A stretch of DNA of 64,000 nt from Octopus vulgaris (GCA_951406725.2 OX597839.1:15190001-15254000); one strand, 5' to 3'; numbered from the stretch's first letter, positions 37,277 through 53,003 are shown. Numbers and translations: made by a program. Notes: generated by a model not told the origin, from the letters alone.

Positions 37277-38150
37277 GTGAACGGTTCGTTGCCTTTTTTT
37301 ATTATCTATACCGGGACACACAGAGGGAACAAACCGGTAAGACATGTGGGACATAAAACATATAAAACAAAAATGTATGTTATAATGCATGAAAATATGA
37401 ATATGAAAAATGGAAATGGAACCACCCGCCCCACTTATGAGTGGCCTCATTTTCTACCTTTTGAACCCTGATCCTTCTAAAAGATCAATTCCCGTCTCCT
37501 TTAACCACCTATCGGATGTTGTTAGACCTGGGAGTGAGCTCCAGCTGCAGTCCACCTCCCAAGAACTAAATCTGACCTCAAACGCAATTATTCTCTTTTC
37601 CTGCTTCTTATCAGGTACCACACACTTCTGATACTCCTCAATGTTATCAAATCCAGCAGTTCCAACACACTTTATATCCATGTCGTTAAATAACATGTAC
37701 AATTTGTATTTTTCCTCTTTTTTTGCCTTGTGGGAGGAGTTTAGAGCTTCTTTGTGCGTGTTTGTTTTTTTGTTTTTTTGTTTTTGTGTCGGATGGGAAT
37801 GGGTAGGCTTGGTGTCTGCAGGGAGAGGGTGGGTCTGAGAGTGTGTGGATTGGATGGATTCTTCCTTTCTGCTGCTCTCTTCTTTAACCTCCTCCACATT
37901 ATCTGGTTGTTTTACCTCTGGTTTTCTTGACCTTATCGTACAATCTGCTCTAATGTGGCTCTTCAGGCCACGTTTAAAGAAGCGATTTACTCTTACTTCT
38001 ACCCTTACTGTCATTACTATTTCTTCCAGGGTTATCGATTTTGTGGTCCTTTCCAACTTTTCTTTCGATCCCTGGACTATCATATTCAGTGATTGTCCTC
38101 TCTAGTTAATGCAATCCCTTTTCGTGGCCTGGAGCACCACTATGTTGTCC
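37277..38150 (-). mobile_element. Second LINE ORF1-like relic with a degenerate zinc knuckle
   Basis: RFFKRGLKSHIRADC resembles CxxCxxxGHxxxxC, followed by a low-complexity K/E/T/H linker. Confidence 0.5.
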
Positions 38151-38199
38151 TCATTTCCACTTCTCTGATTTCTCTAAAAGAAAAAAAGAAAAAAAAAAC

Positions 38200-39750
38200 A
38201 GGCTGATAATTTTATAAACTTTATCTCGGGCAAGCCCAGCTCCAACTTAGCTGCTGCTAGTTTCGAGGTTTCAAAAGTTATTAATCAGCATGGAAAGCCA
38301 CTCATTAATGGGGAGTATATTAAAGAAGTTTGGCTAGAGTGTATATCTTTCCATTTTGATAATTTTTCAGAAAAGAAAAAGATTCTTCAGTGCATTAAAG
38401 AATTGTCTATGAGTAAGAAAACAGTTGAGGATAGAACACTTAAGTTGGAGAAGAATACTTCTGAACAATTGACAAAAGATTTGTTTTCATGTAAGTTTTT
38501 TCTATTTGTTTTGATGGAAGGACGGACATTACATCATCAGCTAGGTTAGCCATTTTTTCTCGATTTTGTAAAGGTGATGAAATATGTGAAGAGATGTTTG
38601 CTCTTCTAACACTGCCTAAGCGACCTACCGGGGCTGAAATATGTAAAGCAACTGTGAACGAATTCTCTTCTCGACAAATTGACATTTCAAAAGTAGTACC
38701 CGTCACAACAGATGGTGCCCCCCACCATGAATGGTAAGAAAGCTGGATTTGTAAATCTGTTTGCAAAACAAGTTCATCATACACTGATAGGTTTTCATTG
38801 CATCACACATGACGAGGTTTTATGTGCAAAAACTAGCCTGAAGGATCGTCAGTAAGTGATGCAGACTGTTAACAAGGTTGTTAATTACATCTCTGCTCGG
38901 GCTTTAAATAAGAGACAATTTCAAGTGTTACTGAATGAGGTAGAAACTGTGTATAAAAGACTGAAAATGTATAACAATGTTCGATGGCTTAGCCGAAGTT
39001 TGGCTCTGAAACGATTTGTTGAATGCTTAATTGAGATAAAGCTCTTTTTGAATGACCAACATGTTTCTTATCAAGAATTGTCTGACATCATGTGGGTTTG
39101 TAGACTGGTGTTTTTTGTAGATTCTTGTGAACATTTGAATGACTTCAATGAGAAATTTAGATAATTCCCAAACGTGAAGAGGTATATCAATGATCTCTCA
39201 AAAGATGACAGAACAGAGCGCCAATATCTTTAAAAGCTGTTTGTAAACGTTATCGAGTCAACTGTTGAACAGTGTTTTGTAAGGATTGCTAATTTCAGCG
39301 AGCTGAAAGAGACATCAAAATTCATGAAGTTTCCAGACGTTATCAAACTGGAAGAAGTAAACTTACAAATTTTTTCATGGATAGATATGATTGATTTTGA
39401 AATGCATTTGATTGAATTTCAAAGTAGCTCAATTTGGAAGCAAAAATTTATTGATCTTAGGGTGGACTTAAAAAAATATCTAAAGCGATTAAAGACAGGT
39501 GTGTCCGAGAGGAGTGCAGAAAACGAATTATTAAGGACTTGGAACACCATTCCAAAACATTTTTCCAGTTAAAAAAACTTTGTAACAGCACTAATATCCA
39601 TCTTTTCATTACCATATGCCTGTAAATCCTTGTTCTCTTGTAATAGAAGTAACCTGACGGATGAAACTAGTAGTGAATGCATATCTCTGAATGTTACGAA
39701 GTGTAAATCCGATACAAAATCTGTCATCAGTAATGCAGTAGCACAAGTCC
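38200..39750 (+). mobile_element. Degenerate hAT transposon (SPIN/Buster, GTF2IRD2-like transposase)
   Basis: HGKPLINGEYIKE, TDITSSARLAIF, VTTDGAP, FHCITH, VRWLSR, with multiple stops and frameshifts. Confidence 0.88.
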
Positions 39751-39756
39751 CACTTT

Positions 39757-39925
39757 TCTACTGTAGACACAAATGTTTGGGGAGGGGGCCCACTCGATTA
39801 GATCGACCCCAGTACGCAACTGGTACTTAATTTATCGACTCCGAAAGGATGAAAGGCAAAGTCGACCCCGGCGGAATTTGAACTCAGAACACAAAGATAG
39901 ACGAAATACCGCTAAGCATTTCGCG
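39757..39925 (-). mobile_element. tRNA-SINE with a Meta-domain-like core
   Basis: Minus strand GAGTTCAAATTCC...GCCTTTCATCCTTTCGGAGTCGATAAATTAAGTACCAG. Confidence 0.8.
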
Positions 39926-39929
39926 GATA

Positions 39930-40550
39930 AATATCAACCTCCCGTACTACGAAAAAGGGTTGGAAACCAACAGAAAGTCTGGCCTCCCTGTCAGAATCAC
40001 GAGGCGAGGTCACACCCTCAATACTATATCTCCCACAACAACAACATACGGAACACATGCTGTCTGAACCAATGTCCCATCAGAACCAGACAGCCAACGG
40101 ACAGTACCAGGCTATGTTTTCAAACGAATGTAATATATAAAATTACCTGTACTTGCGAGAATATTACGTTGGATCGACCAAATGACAGCTTCAGGTCAGA
40201 GTGAAAGAACATCTTCATAGGGCCATGACACCCAGCACTATATTCCAACACCACCAACACTGCGGTGGAGAATTCTCCACCCGGATACTGGCCATGGGAA
40301 CAGATGCAATCAACCTCCGAATAAAGGTGGCACGTTTTGTTAATAAGAAGGTACCCAGCCTCAACCACCAGAACGAACTTGACGGTTGGAAATAAATTTG
40401 CTGCTTTATTTCTAACCAACGCCAGCAGTAATAACCAGGTGAAGAGTAAAGTCTGACGAAGGATTATAGATCCGAAAGCGCTCTCTTAGCCAACTAACCC
40501 TAGCACTAGCAACAAGGCTACACACAGATAACACGCCAACAGTAGGTCCC
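39930..40550 (+). mobile_element. Penelope-like element 3' end (GIY-YIG + pLTR), a different family from the two long copies
   Basis: NVIYKITCTC / EYYVGST...RVKEH...IFQHH...VPSLN, followed by a hammerhead. Confidence 0.8.
40449..40487 (+). ncRNA. Minimal type I hammerhead motif
   Basis: CTGACGA (40453-40459)-A-GGAT/ATCC-GAAA (40474-40477)-GCGC-TC-TCTT. Palindrome AGCGCT. Stem I has a mismatch. Confidence 0.75.
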
Positions 40551-40585
40551 ATCTGTCTGTCTGTCTGTCTATCTGTCTATCTACC

Positions 40586-40681
<96 letters not shown>

Positions 40682-40780
40682 CCTGTCTATCTATCTACCT
40701 GTCTATTTAACTACCTACCTATCTATCTATTTATCTACCTACCTATCAATCTACCTACCCATTCATCAATCAATCAATAC
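40551..40780. repeat. (TCTA)n/(TCTG)n microsatellite
   Basis: Seen directly. Confidence 0.95.
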
Positions 40781-43700
40781 TCGCTAGACCTTTTAAACTT
40801 TCTTAAGATTTTGAAACTTTCGAACCTTTGAACTTTGAAAAAACAAAACAAAAGGAAAAGAAACCTTTCTCAAATAGGATTTCCAAAAACATGTTCACTG
40901 TTCATACAAATATATTTATATTAATGCCTCAGTCTCTCGTTATCTTTAAGATAGTTTTTTTTTTTAACTTCTTTAATATCTTAATTTTTTAATACATTTT
41001 AAAAATATTTAATGTATATTTTTTTATTTTTTCGTTTTTCATTCTTCATTTTTTAATTTTCAATTTTTTATTTCGTCGGTTCTCCACGGTTTCTCTTCAT
41101 TGCTCTATTCTACCATTTTCACACCCCACCCCTAAGTATCACCTTCTTCCACCTGTTCATTATTTCCTGCCAGCTCAACCTTAATTCCTTTAGCACAGTA
41201 ACCCCTCTTACCCTGTCACCTCTCTCTGTGCTATACATATATACATATGTATATACACACATGCACTTAATGTGCGATGTATGTGTTACAGATTTATTAT
41301 GTATGCTTAGAAATATTTATGCGCGTATATGTATGCAGCTTAGGTCACCTTGGTAGCTTCCACACACACACACACACAAACTTTGGGAATAAAAACGTCT
41401 GCAGGGAGATGAGTTATATCAGATTTTGCCAAAAAAGAAGTCGTGTATAAGTAGTAACGCTTGAGCAGGTGCTTTTCATGATGTAGCATCTAAGGTTTAA
41501 TTATCCACGCTTTGGGCTTATTTCCCTGGTTTACTTCTCTCAAATGTCTCTGGACTCATAGGAGAATTATTTATTCAACTACTGATGACTTGAACAAACT
41601 TATGATCGACGCTCTTCCAGTCAAACAAGGTTACATTTGATCGAATCCCATGTATTTTTTCTTTTTCTTTTTCTGACGACTGTTTTTTCGCTTTCTTTTT
41701 TCATCCGACGTTCTAGCCGTACCCAAACACTGATATGACGCTTGTCACAAAGTTTTCATCAATATTCGAACGATGAAGCTATCACTTACACCTATGACTG
41801 GACCTCAAAAATGATTACATAGGTTTCTCCCAACTCTGAGTATATATTTTTATTTCCCTATAGTTTATCTTCCAACTGAAATTTTTGTTGAAGCGATTGT
41901 GTATATATTTAAAGAAGACATGAGTTAAGCATAAGGAATGGTATTTATCAGCAATTCCTGTAAACCAGATGACATTCTGTGTATAGGAAATGACGTTGGT
42001 AAATAAAAATGTAGGGTGTATATTCTGATGAATTCAGTTATGGTGCTTTTTCAAATAAAATGTTGGGAAGTCGGAAGTTACGATATATTTAACTCACATG
42101 GGGCTATGAACCTAAAAGTTCTATTCGCCTTATTCTATTCGCCTTATTCGCCCGGTTTTTATGGAATGTATGACTGTTAGAATGAATGAATGTGTGTGTT
42201 TGTGTGTGCAATTCATTTAGTTTCCATGGCTGTGTGATTAATAATTTTACTTCGCAACTACGTGGTTTCGGATTCAATCTAAGTGTTTTAGTACTTTGTG
42301 TCTCTTACCATATATCCTCGGGTCGGCCTATAATTTTCGAGTGCAATATGGTAGACGGAATCTATTTAGAAACCTGTTGGAGGAACAGTTCCTGTTCTTA
42401 GATGGTACATTTAATTCATCGCCCAGTTTAATGCCGCCACCTGCCTGTTGGGTGTTTTTAACAAAATCTATTATGTCACAAGTATTTGGGCCAAGCCTCC
42501 AATATCAAGACAGCCCGCTACCTCTTACCCCGAGTAATACCGCCTTTCTCTCCGACTAATCCACGAAGAAAATTTTTTTAAATGTAACCTGGCCTAAATG
42601 CATATCATTATTTAGTTGCATTCTTCTATGCTTTGAGTTCAAATTACATTGAGATATCGGTTTTTGATTATCTCTCTATGTATTACAGAATACAGTAATC
42701 TTTTTATTTCTACTTTACCACTTTGCCTATTTGTCTATGAAGACAACTTAGTTAGCTCCCATATACACGTGTGTGTGTGTGTGTGTGTACGTGCACAGCA
42801 TAACTGAATGGTTAAGAATTTCGCTATATACTCATAAAGTCAAGAATTCTATTTCAATGCGTAGGAAAACGTCTTTTACTATTACCTCATATCAACCAAA
42901 TTCTATGAGTGAAAATAGGATGATAGAAACTGTGTATCATTCATTCAGATGGATTGTGTCTGTTATTCAAATGTCCAAATTTCTCCCACAGCGTCATTTT
43001 GAGAGTAGCGAAGGAGTACGTCAAAGATACACGTTTAAATTGCGCGTTAGAAGAATACTCAGCCGTTTATACTCTAATTTCATGAGCAAGTAGTACAGTT
43101 GGTTGAACAACTGAATACTCATCGTCGAAATTGACGGGTTTTATTTACTTATTAGCCTAGATATGGGGTGGAGAAAGAGAGAGAAGGAGTAACATCACTT
43201 AACTAACATAATACATTAAACTGATTCATCAAAAGCCTTGACGATGACGTCACTGCAACTGAAAAGACATGTATACCAGTCCCAGTGGCGCTAGATGAAT
43301 TCAAACTTATCACACGTGAGATTGATTATGTATCTGGAAGTTTGTCTACTACTGCTAGCTAATATGATAAACAGGTGCAAAGTATTATCTGCAAGTTTAT
43401 CTAACGGTTGTAAAGAGTTTCGATTACAAGAAGTTACGGTAGAATTCATTTGTTATCAAATTACTGCAGAGGCAATATTTATCTTGAAGAAGCGTATGTG
43501 TGATGTAAACTACCCACGACAACATTCATGTTGCAAGATAAAGAAAATTAAATATATTTAAGGTAGATCTACTATTAGAGAATGTTTAGCTATTTGAATT
43601 TAAGTATTATTAAGACACAAGTGTAAATGGGATGGGAATTCCAAAACTTTTAGAACATTTAATGAAATACGTTGAGATATATAGTTTCATCTTCATTTTC

Positions 43701-44296
43701 TGAGTTCCAATCCAACTGGGAGCAACTTTGCCTTTCACCTTTCCGAAGTCATGTACCAGGAAAGCACTGGAATAGATATAATCATGAGTACCTTAACCAA
43801 AAATATGAGGCCTTGAAAATTAGTATCAGAACACTAGTATAGATGTGGTAGTGTGTTATGAGGTGGCAAATGTAGTAAAGCTTAGGATGGAATAACTTCG
43901 GGTATATTATAGATATCTGTCTTCATATTCAAAGTTCAAATCCAGTTGGCAATGATTTTTGTCTAAACATGGCATAGGGCGTTATAATAACAGACAGCAA
44001 GAAAAATGTATATGTTTCCTGTAGTTAAAAGTTTATTGCTAATTAAATCTTTCTAATCAAACGGTCTTCCTTTGGATGCGACCTTGGAAATTTGTTTGCA
44101 AGTAGCAGTAGCAATATCTTAAGTGTTGAATCAATGCTTCAATATTGGATTCATCTAACTTTTTCAGTAAAGCAGAACTATTATTTCCTAACAAATAAGT
44201 AATACTTCTAATTGATGTGCATTATGGTATAATTTGATTGAGGTCTGGCAGCCAGCTTACACTTGTGCTTCGAATACTTAAGTTGAACGTTATATA

Positions 44297-45596
44297 TAGG
44301 AGTTGGACAAAATAATGGAAACTCCTTAAAATTTCAAACAAATTTAGTTTAATATGGGGTGGGACGCCTTTAGCAGTAATTACACCTTGAATTCTACAAG
44401 GTATGGACTCGTACAAAGTTTGAATTGTTTGCAAAGGAATTTTTGTCCATTCTTCAGCTAAAACATTTTCTAGTTCTTGTAGTGATGGTGGTGGAGGATA
44501 TCGACTCCTTACTTGTTTTTCTAAAATGCACCATAAATGTTCAATAATATTGAGATCTGGGGACTGTGGTGGCCAAATAAGATGTTCAACTTCACTAGAA
44601 TGTTCCTCGTACTATTCATTAACAACTTTAGCAGTGTGAATTGGTCCATTATCATCCCGAAAGATTGTATTTCCCTCTGGAAACAGGTTTGCAACCATAG
44701 AATGAATTTGATCAGATAAAATGCTTAAATAATTTTTACTATTAATTCTGCCATGAAGGGAAACCATAGCGCCGGCTGATTTTCAAGATATAGCCCCCAC
44801 TCACCCACCCACCCCGATCATCAGAGATCCTCCTCCATGTTTAACAATTGGAAGAAGGCAGTTTGGGTCAAATGTTCCTTTTGGCTGTCTTCATACGTAT
44901 ACTCGGTCAGTGGTCGGAAATAAGGTAAAGGATGACTCGTCCGAGAAAATAACATTCTTCCACTGCTCTAGGGACCATTTCTGTAGGTTTTTACTCCAGT
45001 TTAAATGCTTTGCAACGTTTGTTTTTGAAGGTAGTGGTTTTCTGATTGTAGCCCTCCCGTGGAATCCGGATTTGTGCAGCTCCCGGCTAACAGTTTTTGT
45101 GGAAACTGTGTTCTCGAGGTGGTCATTAAGCTCTGCAGTAATTTTGGGAAGTGTACTTTTGTGATCCTTTCTAACAATTCATGTAAGAGTCTGACAGTCC
45201 CTCTCTCAAATTTCTGATTTTCTTCCAGAGTTTTGTTTGGACGAGGAGGTTTTTCCCTCATTTTCAAAAGCCGTCATTACTTTCGAGACACTACTTCTTG
45301 ATACACCAAACATTGTCTGTTTTCGTTATGCTAGCTCCTGCCATACGAGCACCAAGAATTTGACCTCTTAGAAAGTCCGATAGATCTGTCATTTTAATGA
45401 ATTTTAATTACCATATTCTGATGATATCTGAAAAGAAAACCAATTTTAGCAAAATATATTAAATAAGGCTATAAATATTACGCAACACTATAAAAAATCC
45501 AAAAACATAAATAAACAAGCTTTTGACGGTTTTATAAATATTTCAAAATTATAAAGCTATGATGCTAGGTGATTCCATTATTATGACCAACCCTTA
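44297..45596 (-). mobile_element. Full-length degenerate Tc1 element
   Basis: Imperfect TIRs GGAGTTGGACAAAATAATGGAAACTCCT / AGGTGATTCCATTATTATGACCAACCC within a TA context. Motifs FSDESSF, KHGGGS, DNGPIH, WPPQSPDLNIIEHLW. Confidence 0.9.
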
Positions 45597-45606
45597 TATA
45601 TATATG

Positions 45607-47433
45607 CAGTAGAACCGTAGAACCTCGCATTACGAGTGCACCATTGTACGAGTAATTTGCTATACGAACGGCGACTCGTGCAAATTTTTGTCTTGAAATA
45701 CAAGCAAAAATCCGCAGTACGAGCGAGTTTCATACAAGCTAGTCGGCGCTGAGCTTGCACCCGCTCTCTCAACAAGCGCAGTCTCCGCTCGCTCAGTTAA
45801 CGTGTTTATCTAGTTGTGGCAGCATCCTTGTGTTTTTGTTTAGTTTTATGTGCATTTTTGCTATTATTTTATAGTAATTGGTTGTGTTAGCCATGGGTCC
45901 TAAGGAGGTTAGCGCAAAGGATAGCGTTGAGAAGAAAAAGCTGATTACGGTAGACTTTTTTTGTGGGGGGAATGCCCAGAAGAACCTACTTAACTTCAGA
46001 GAAGAAAATGTCAGGCTACAAGCCTATGAAAGATAGGCTAACTCTCGCCCTTTGCGCCAATGCGAGTGGTAACTTGAAGATTAAGCCGCTCCTTGTCTAC
46101 CATTCCAAAAACCCACGAGCGTTCAAGTCGCACAAAATCCTGAAGGAGAAGCTGCAAGTGGAGGGCAAACGTTAAAGCCTGCGTCACCAGGCAATTCTTC
46201 TCCAAGTGGGTCAGCCTTGTCTTCGGACCAGCAGTGAAAAATTACCTTCTGGAGAAGAATCTTCCTCCCAAGGCCCTCCTCATCCTCGACAATGCTCCTG
46301 CTCACCCTCCTAACCTCGAAGATGATAATCAGGACAAATTTAAATTTATAAAAGCTCTGTATCTTTCACGCAACACCACTCCTATCTTGCAGCCCATGGA
46401 CCAACAGGTGATTTGTAATTTTAAGAAATTGTACTTCAAACACCAGTTTTGTCGGTGCTTTGAAGTCTAACCCTTTGTGAGTTTCGGAAGGAGCACTACA
46501 AATTTGTAAACTGCCTGAAAATCATCGATATGGCCTGAAAGGGTATAACGAGGAGAACGCTGATTTCTGCATGGTGGAAACTGTGGCCTGACTATGTATC
46601 AAAGAGACTTCGAGGGGTTTGAGTTTGAGGCACTTGTAATCGAGAAGTTAGCGTCTCTTGGCAAGTCCATGAGCCTCGAGATTGGGGGACATTAACGATG
46701 TTGTCGAGGAACACCCAGAGGAGCTGACGACAGATGAACTCCTGCAGCATCAGGAGCAGCAGCGTTTGGATACGGTGGAAGATATTGGCTCCCCGGAGGA
46801 GGACAGTGTAGCTAAGAATGCTATCTCTATGAGTTACAAAAAGGTGGTGTTGGCAAAGTGGCAGTATGTTTCTGAATTTGTAGAAAATTATCATCCTGGG
46901 AAAGTAGCAGTAGGTAGTGCAGCTACTTTATTTAATGACACTGCTTTGGCGCATTTTTGTAACATTTCGAAAGGCAGGAAAAAGCATATTTCTCTTGATA
47001 TGTTTCTAATGGAACGACCTGCAAGTGTAAAAAGCGACGAAGTGTGTCCAAAAGCCTAAATTAAGCGAAGTGAGAGACAAAATGCAAGAAATTGTTCTTT
47101 CTGAAGGAGATTCTCCTTCCAAACAGTAATCTTTCTCCTCCTGCTCGGCCGTCTTCCTCGCGGACAAATCATCACGTCTTTCAGGTAATTCAGTTAATAA
47201 AACCAGTTTACATCTTTTGCATTCTCTTTTTTATAATTGTCATTTTCCTGGTAACTACACCTTTTCTGTTTTAAAACTCACTAAAAGTTATTTTTGGGTG
47301 GTTTTGTGAGGCTGGAACAGAATAATTATATTTCAATTAATTTCAATGGGGAAAAATTAATTTGCAAAACGAATAAATCGTAAAACGAGCTTGGTCATGG
47401 AACAAATTAAACTCGAACTGTGAGGTATCACTG
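45607..47433 (+). mobile_element. Tigger/pogo DNA transposon, internally deleted
   Basis: Ends CAGTAGAACC...GAGGTATCACTG-TA. Motifs KPMKDRLTLALCANASG, KPLLVYHSKNPRAFK, LILDNAPAHP, LQPMDQQVI. Confidence 0.92.
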
Positions 47434-47489
47434 TACGTAGATACATAAATACATACATATTAAAATTAATATTAATTTATCTCCCTCAT

Positions 47490-48763
<1,274 letters not shown>

Positions 48764-51311
48764 GGATTTTGATTTTGATTTTGATTTTTCCAGGTTCAGC
48801 TAATGAGCTGTGGCCATGCTGGGGCACCGCCATTTGGTTTGCTACACGATTTTACCTCATGGATGCTTTTTAGCAAACGCCATCTGATGCATGAGAGAGT
48901 TCGATGCAGCTGCCCTCATCTGCACCTCCTGCCGTGAAGTTGGTTCATCCGGGACACCTGACAGGAAGAGGTCCAGTCCTACTTTAAAGACATCTGCATC
49001 TACACCATGCAGGTCCCTCAGGTTCTTTGGGAGGATATTGAAGAGCTGTGGGCCTCGGAAGCCCAGGCTATCACACTATCTTGTCCTACATCTTGATGGC
49101 AAATTTGGAGTCCTTGGTACTACGCAGTGGCGCCCAGTTCTGGCATTTGTGTGACTCTCGATGCCAAAGTTTGGGACGAGTCCTTCCAGGATCTTCCAGA
49201 TATATATTATGGCATAGCTTTCTCGCCTACGCTCCAGGGAATATAGTTTTAATCTCTTGAGTCTTTCCCAGTAGCTTACATTCTGCATAGAGGCTATCTT
49301 CTTCGTGTAGCTACGTTGGATCGCCTCGAGCTCTGTGATCAACTTGACACTGAATGGTGACCATAACTGAGAGCAGTAGTCAAAGTGGCTTAGGACAAGT
49401 GTCCTCCAGAGGACCATCATGGTTTCTTGTTCTCTTGTTCTAAAGGTTCTGAGGATCCATCCGGCCAGTCGTCTACATTTCATTGCCAATTTAGCAACAT
49501 GTACACGAAAGGTCGCGTCATCACTCATATAAATACCTAGGTCACGCACTGATTGTGTCTCTGGGATTGCTATTCCTCCGGGTCCAATGTATTCATTGCG
49601 TATTGCTATTAGTTTTGCATGCTGATAGTATAAAGCTTGAAACTTTTCAGCATTGAACTGCATGCTATTCTTTTCAGCCCACTTGTATATTTTGTCCAGC
49701 TCACATTGCAGGTGTTTAGTGTCCTCAGGGTTCTGTATTGCCTGTGAAACTTTTGTATCATCTGCATAACTTGTGATCGTGGCTCTCTGCGTGGCTGAGG
49801 GCATGTCTGAGAGGGCTATTATGAACAGTAGTGGTCCCAGAACAGTGCCCTGCGGAACACAGGTCGCTATTTGCGTGTTAATGGAAGTAGCCCCATTGGC
49901 TACTACCACCTGACTTCTATCTTTCAGAAAGTCATGAAGCCATTCTCCCAGTTTTCCAACTATGTTGAGATCACGCAGTTTGTGACATATCATTCCATGA
50001 TCGACTTTATCAAAGGCCTTTGCAAAGTCGAGATATATCACTTCTACATTTGAGTGGTTGAGCAGCCGTTTCAGCACCCAGTCATAGTGTTGTAGGAGCT
50101 GAGTTAAACAGCTTCTCCCTGGTCGGAAACCATGTTGGGTGTCGGGCAGCAAGTCATTCTCTTCAAGGAAGGTGATCAGCTTCCTTCTGACTATTCGTTC
50201 CATGACCTTGCTGATGTGTGAGGTCTGAGAGATAGGTCTGTAGTTCTTGGCTTCCGCTCTGCTACCTCTTTTATGAATGGGGCATATTTTACCTTCCTTC
50301 AGTTTTCTTGGAAGTTTGCCAGCTGCAAGGAAGCTCTGAAAGAGGAACTGCAGTGGTCTTGCTAGGACTCTCTTACATGCTTTTAGGAGGATTGCCGGGA
50401 ATCCATCGGGGCCAGTAGCTGAGTCTGTTTTCATTTCATCTATAGCCTTGATTACATCGTCTTCCTTTATATCGATGTAATCTATCGTCGCCGCCTCTGA
50501 TTTTATATCTGCAGTGGTAAAAAAGTCAGTTGGATTGGTGATTTGGAGATGCCCAAGGGGTGGAGTGAAAACACTCTTGAATTGCTCATTCAGTATTTCA
50601 CTTACCCTCATTGGATTTCCTGTAAGTGTGCCATCCTTTTCGAGGAGTGGCCCTATTCTACAGTGCACCGTAGCTGTTTCTTTGGCATACCTGTAGAAAG
50701 CTCTGGGGTTAGATTTTATGTTGTCTATAGCCCCTTCTTCTTAGTCTGCTCTTTCTTTTTCATGGGAGAGTTGCAGACATTTTTCGATTTCCAACAGTTT
50801 TATTTTTAGGCGGGACTTTTCACTGCATTCAATCTGTTTGTTTAGGCGATTTGAAAATTTTGTACGCCGTCTCATTAAAATTTTCCTCTCTCTGGGGATA
50901 TTGTTCTTGTGTACAGTGGCCTTTCTCTCTGGGACACATTTGTAGCATATGGATTACATTACAGACATGAATTGTTGAAGTTTCACGTCGATGTCTGGCA
51001 AGGAGAGACATTTAGGCCAGTTTTGTTTCAGGATCTCTTTCTCAATTTGTTTCCAGTTTGCCTTATGGTAGTTCAAGCTGGAAAGATTCTGAGGGTTTCT
51101 TGTAGGCTGCATGTCCGTGCTCTCTTTTGGCCCGTACATGGTCAGCTCTATCATGTTGTGATCCGAGAGTAGTGTCGGTGTCACTTTCACATTATGGATG
51201 AGATCCATGTCATTTGTGAAGCAGAGATCCAGTGTGTTACCTGCCCTGGTTGGTTGGAGTATTACCTGCTCCATGTACAGGGTGTTGATGAGGTTCAGGA
51301 GGGACCTCGCC
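48764..51311 (-). mobile_element. 5'-truncated CR1/L2-group LINE with (AAAATC)n tail
   Basis: APE C-terminus ([15 protein letters not shown]) and a complete RT. Stops at about 50954, 50741 and 49076. TA arrays on both sides. Confidence 0.95.
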
Positions 51312-51322
51312 TATATACTTAC

Positions 51323-51387
<65 letters not shown>

Positions 51388-51416
51388 CATATATACATAT
51401 ATATATACATATATAC

Positions 51417-51447
<31 letters not shown>

Positions 51448-51680
51448 CACATATATATATATACATATATATATATACATATATATATATATACATATAT
51501 ATATCTATATACATATATATATATATACATATATATTATGTGAAATAGAAAGATGAATAATCTTGTAGTAGATTAATCAAAGGTTTAACCGATACCTTAG
51601 TAGCAAAAATCACAAAACGATTTCTGTTCAATCTGCGTTCAGCTCCATTTCTTCAATTCACCAATAATGTTTTTATATAC

Positions 51681-51745
<65 letters not shown>

Positions 51746-51749
<4 letters not shown>

Positions 51750-51875
51750 TGATTGATTGATTGATTGATTCTAGTTTCAGCTTATGAGCTGTGGCCATGC
51801 TGGGGCACCGCCATTTGGTGTTGCTACTTGGTTTCACTTCACGAAAGCTTTCTAGCAACTGGTGATTTGGAGATA

Positions 51876-51912
<37 letters not shown>

Positions 51913-52440
51913 GGGAGAGTTGCAGACATTTTTCGATTTCCAACAGTTTTATTTTTAGGCGGGACTTTTCACTGCTTTCAATCTGTTTGTTTAGGCGATT
52001 TGAAAATTTTGTACGCCGTCTCATTAAAATGTTCCTCTCTCTGGGGATTTTGTTCTTGTGTACAGTGGCCTTTCTCTCTGGGACACATTTGTAGCATATG
52101 GCTTGCATTACAGACATGAATTGTTGAAGTTTCACGTCGATGTCTGGCAAGGAGAGACATTTAGGCCAGTTTTGTTTCAGGATCTCTTTCTCAATTTGTT
52201 TCCAGTTTGCCTTATGGTAGTTCAAGCTGGAAAGATTCTGAGGGTTTCTTGTAGGCTGCATGTCCGTGCTCTCTTTTGGCCCGTACATGGTCAGCTCTAT
52301 CATGTTGTGATCCGAGAGTAGTGTCGGTGTCACTTTCACATTATGTGAAGCAGAGATCCAGTGTGCTACCTGCCCTGGTTGGTTGGAGTATTACCTGCTC
52401 CATGTACAGGGTGTTGATGAGGTTCAGGAGGGACCTCGCC
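51746..52440 (-). mobile_element. Internally deleted derivative of the same LINE, with a TA patch inside
   Basis: 3' end 51746-51861, a short internal piece to 51873, a TA repeat, then 51911-52440, which ends at the same 5' breakpoint as the 51311 copy. Confidence 0.9.
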
Positions 52441-52465
52441 TATATACATACATATATATATATAC

Positions 52466-52534
<69 letters not shown>

Positions 52535-52539
52535 CATAT

Positions 52540-52766
52540 AACATCACAATCAAGGAACGGCCATAATAGGCCATTCACCCACTAGAAATAACAGCCAAAA
52601 GCTTTAACCGCAAAATAACATTAATACCGTAAGCCAGGAGAAAATTGAAAAACTTTTTCAATTTTCTCCTGGCTTACGGTATTAATGTTATTTTGCGGTT
52701 AAAGCTTTTGGCTGTTATTTCTAGTGGGTGAATGGCCTATTATGGCCGTTCCTTGATTGTGATGTT
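52540..52766. repeat. Perfect palindrome with 113-bp arms and a 1-nt spacer (centre 52653)
   Basis: AACATCACAATC...TTGAAAAA-C-TTTTTCAA...GATTGTGATGTT. Confidence 0.95.
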
Positions 52767-52875
52767 GAACGTAAAAATGGTTTATGACTATTTAATTTTT
52801 TCCTACTAGGCCGCTGGTGGCAAAAGAATTCTACAAAATTTTTTTTGCCACCCTATATTGATTAATTATATATAC

Positions 52876-52986
<111 letters not shown>

Positions 52987-53003
52987 CACATATATATATA
53001 TAC

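Noticed and set aside
36296-37280. Overlapping GC-rich ORFs on both strands (186-275 aa)
   Set aside because: Better explained as a decayed LINE 5'/ORF1 region. High GC suppresses stop codons.
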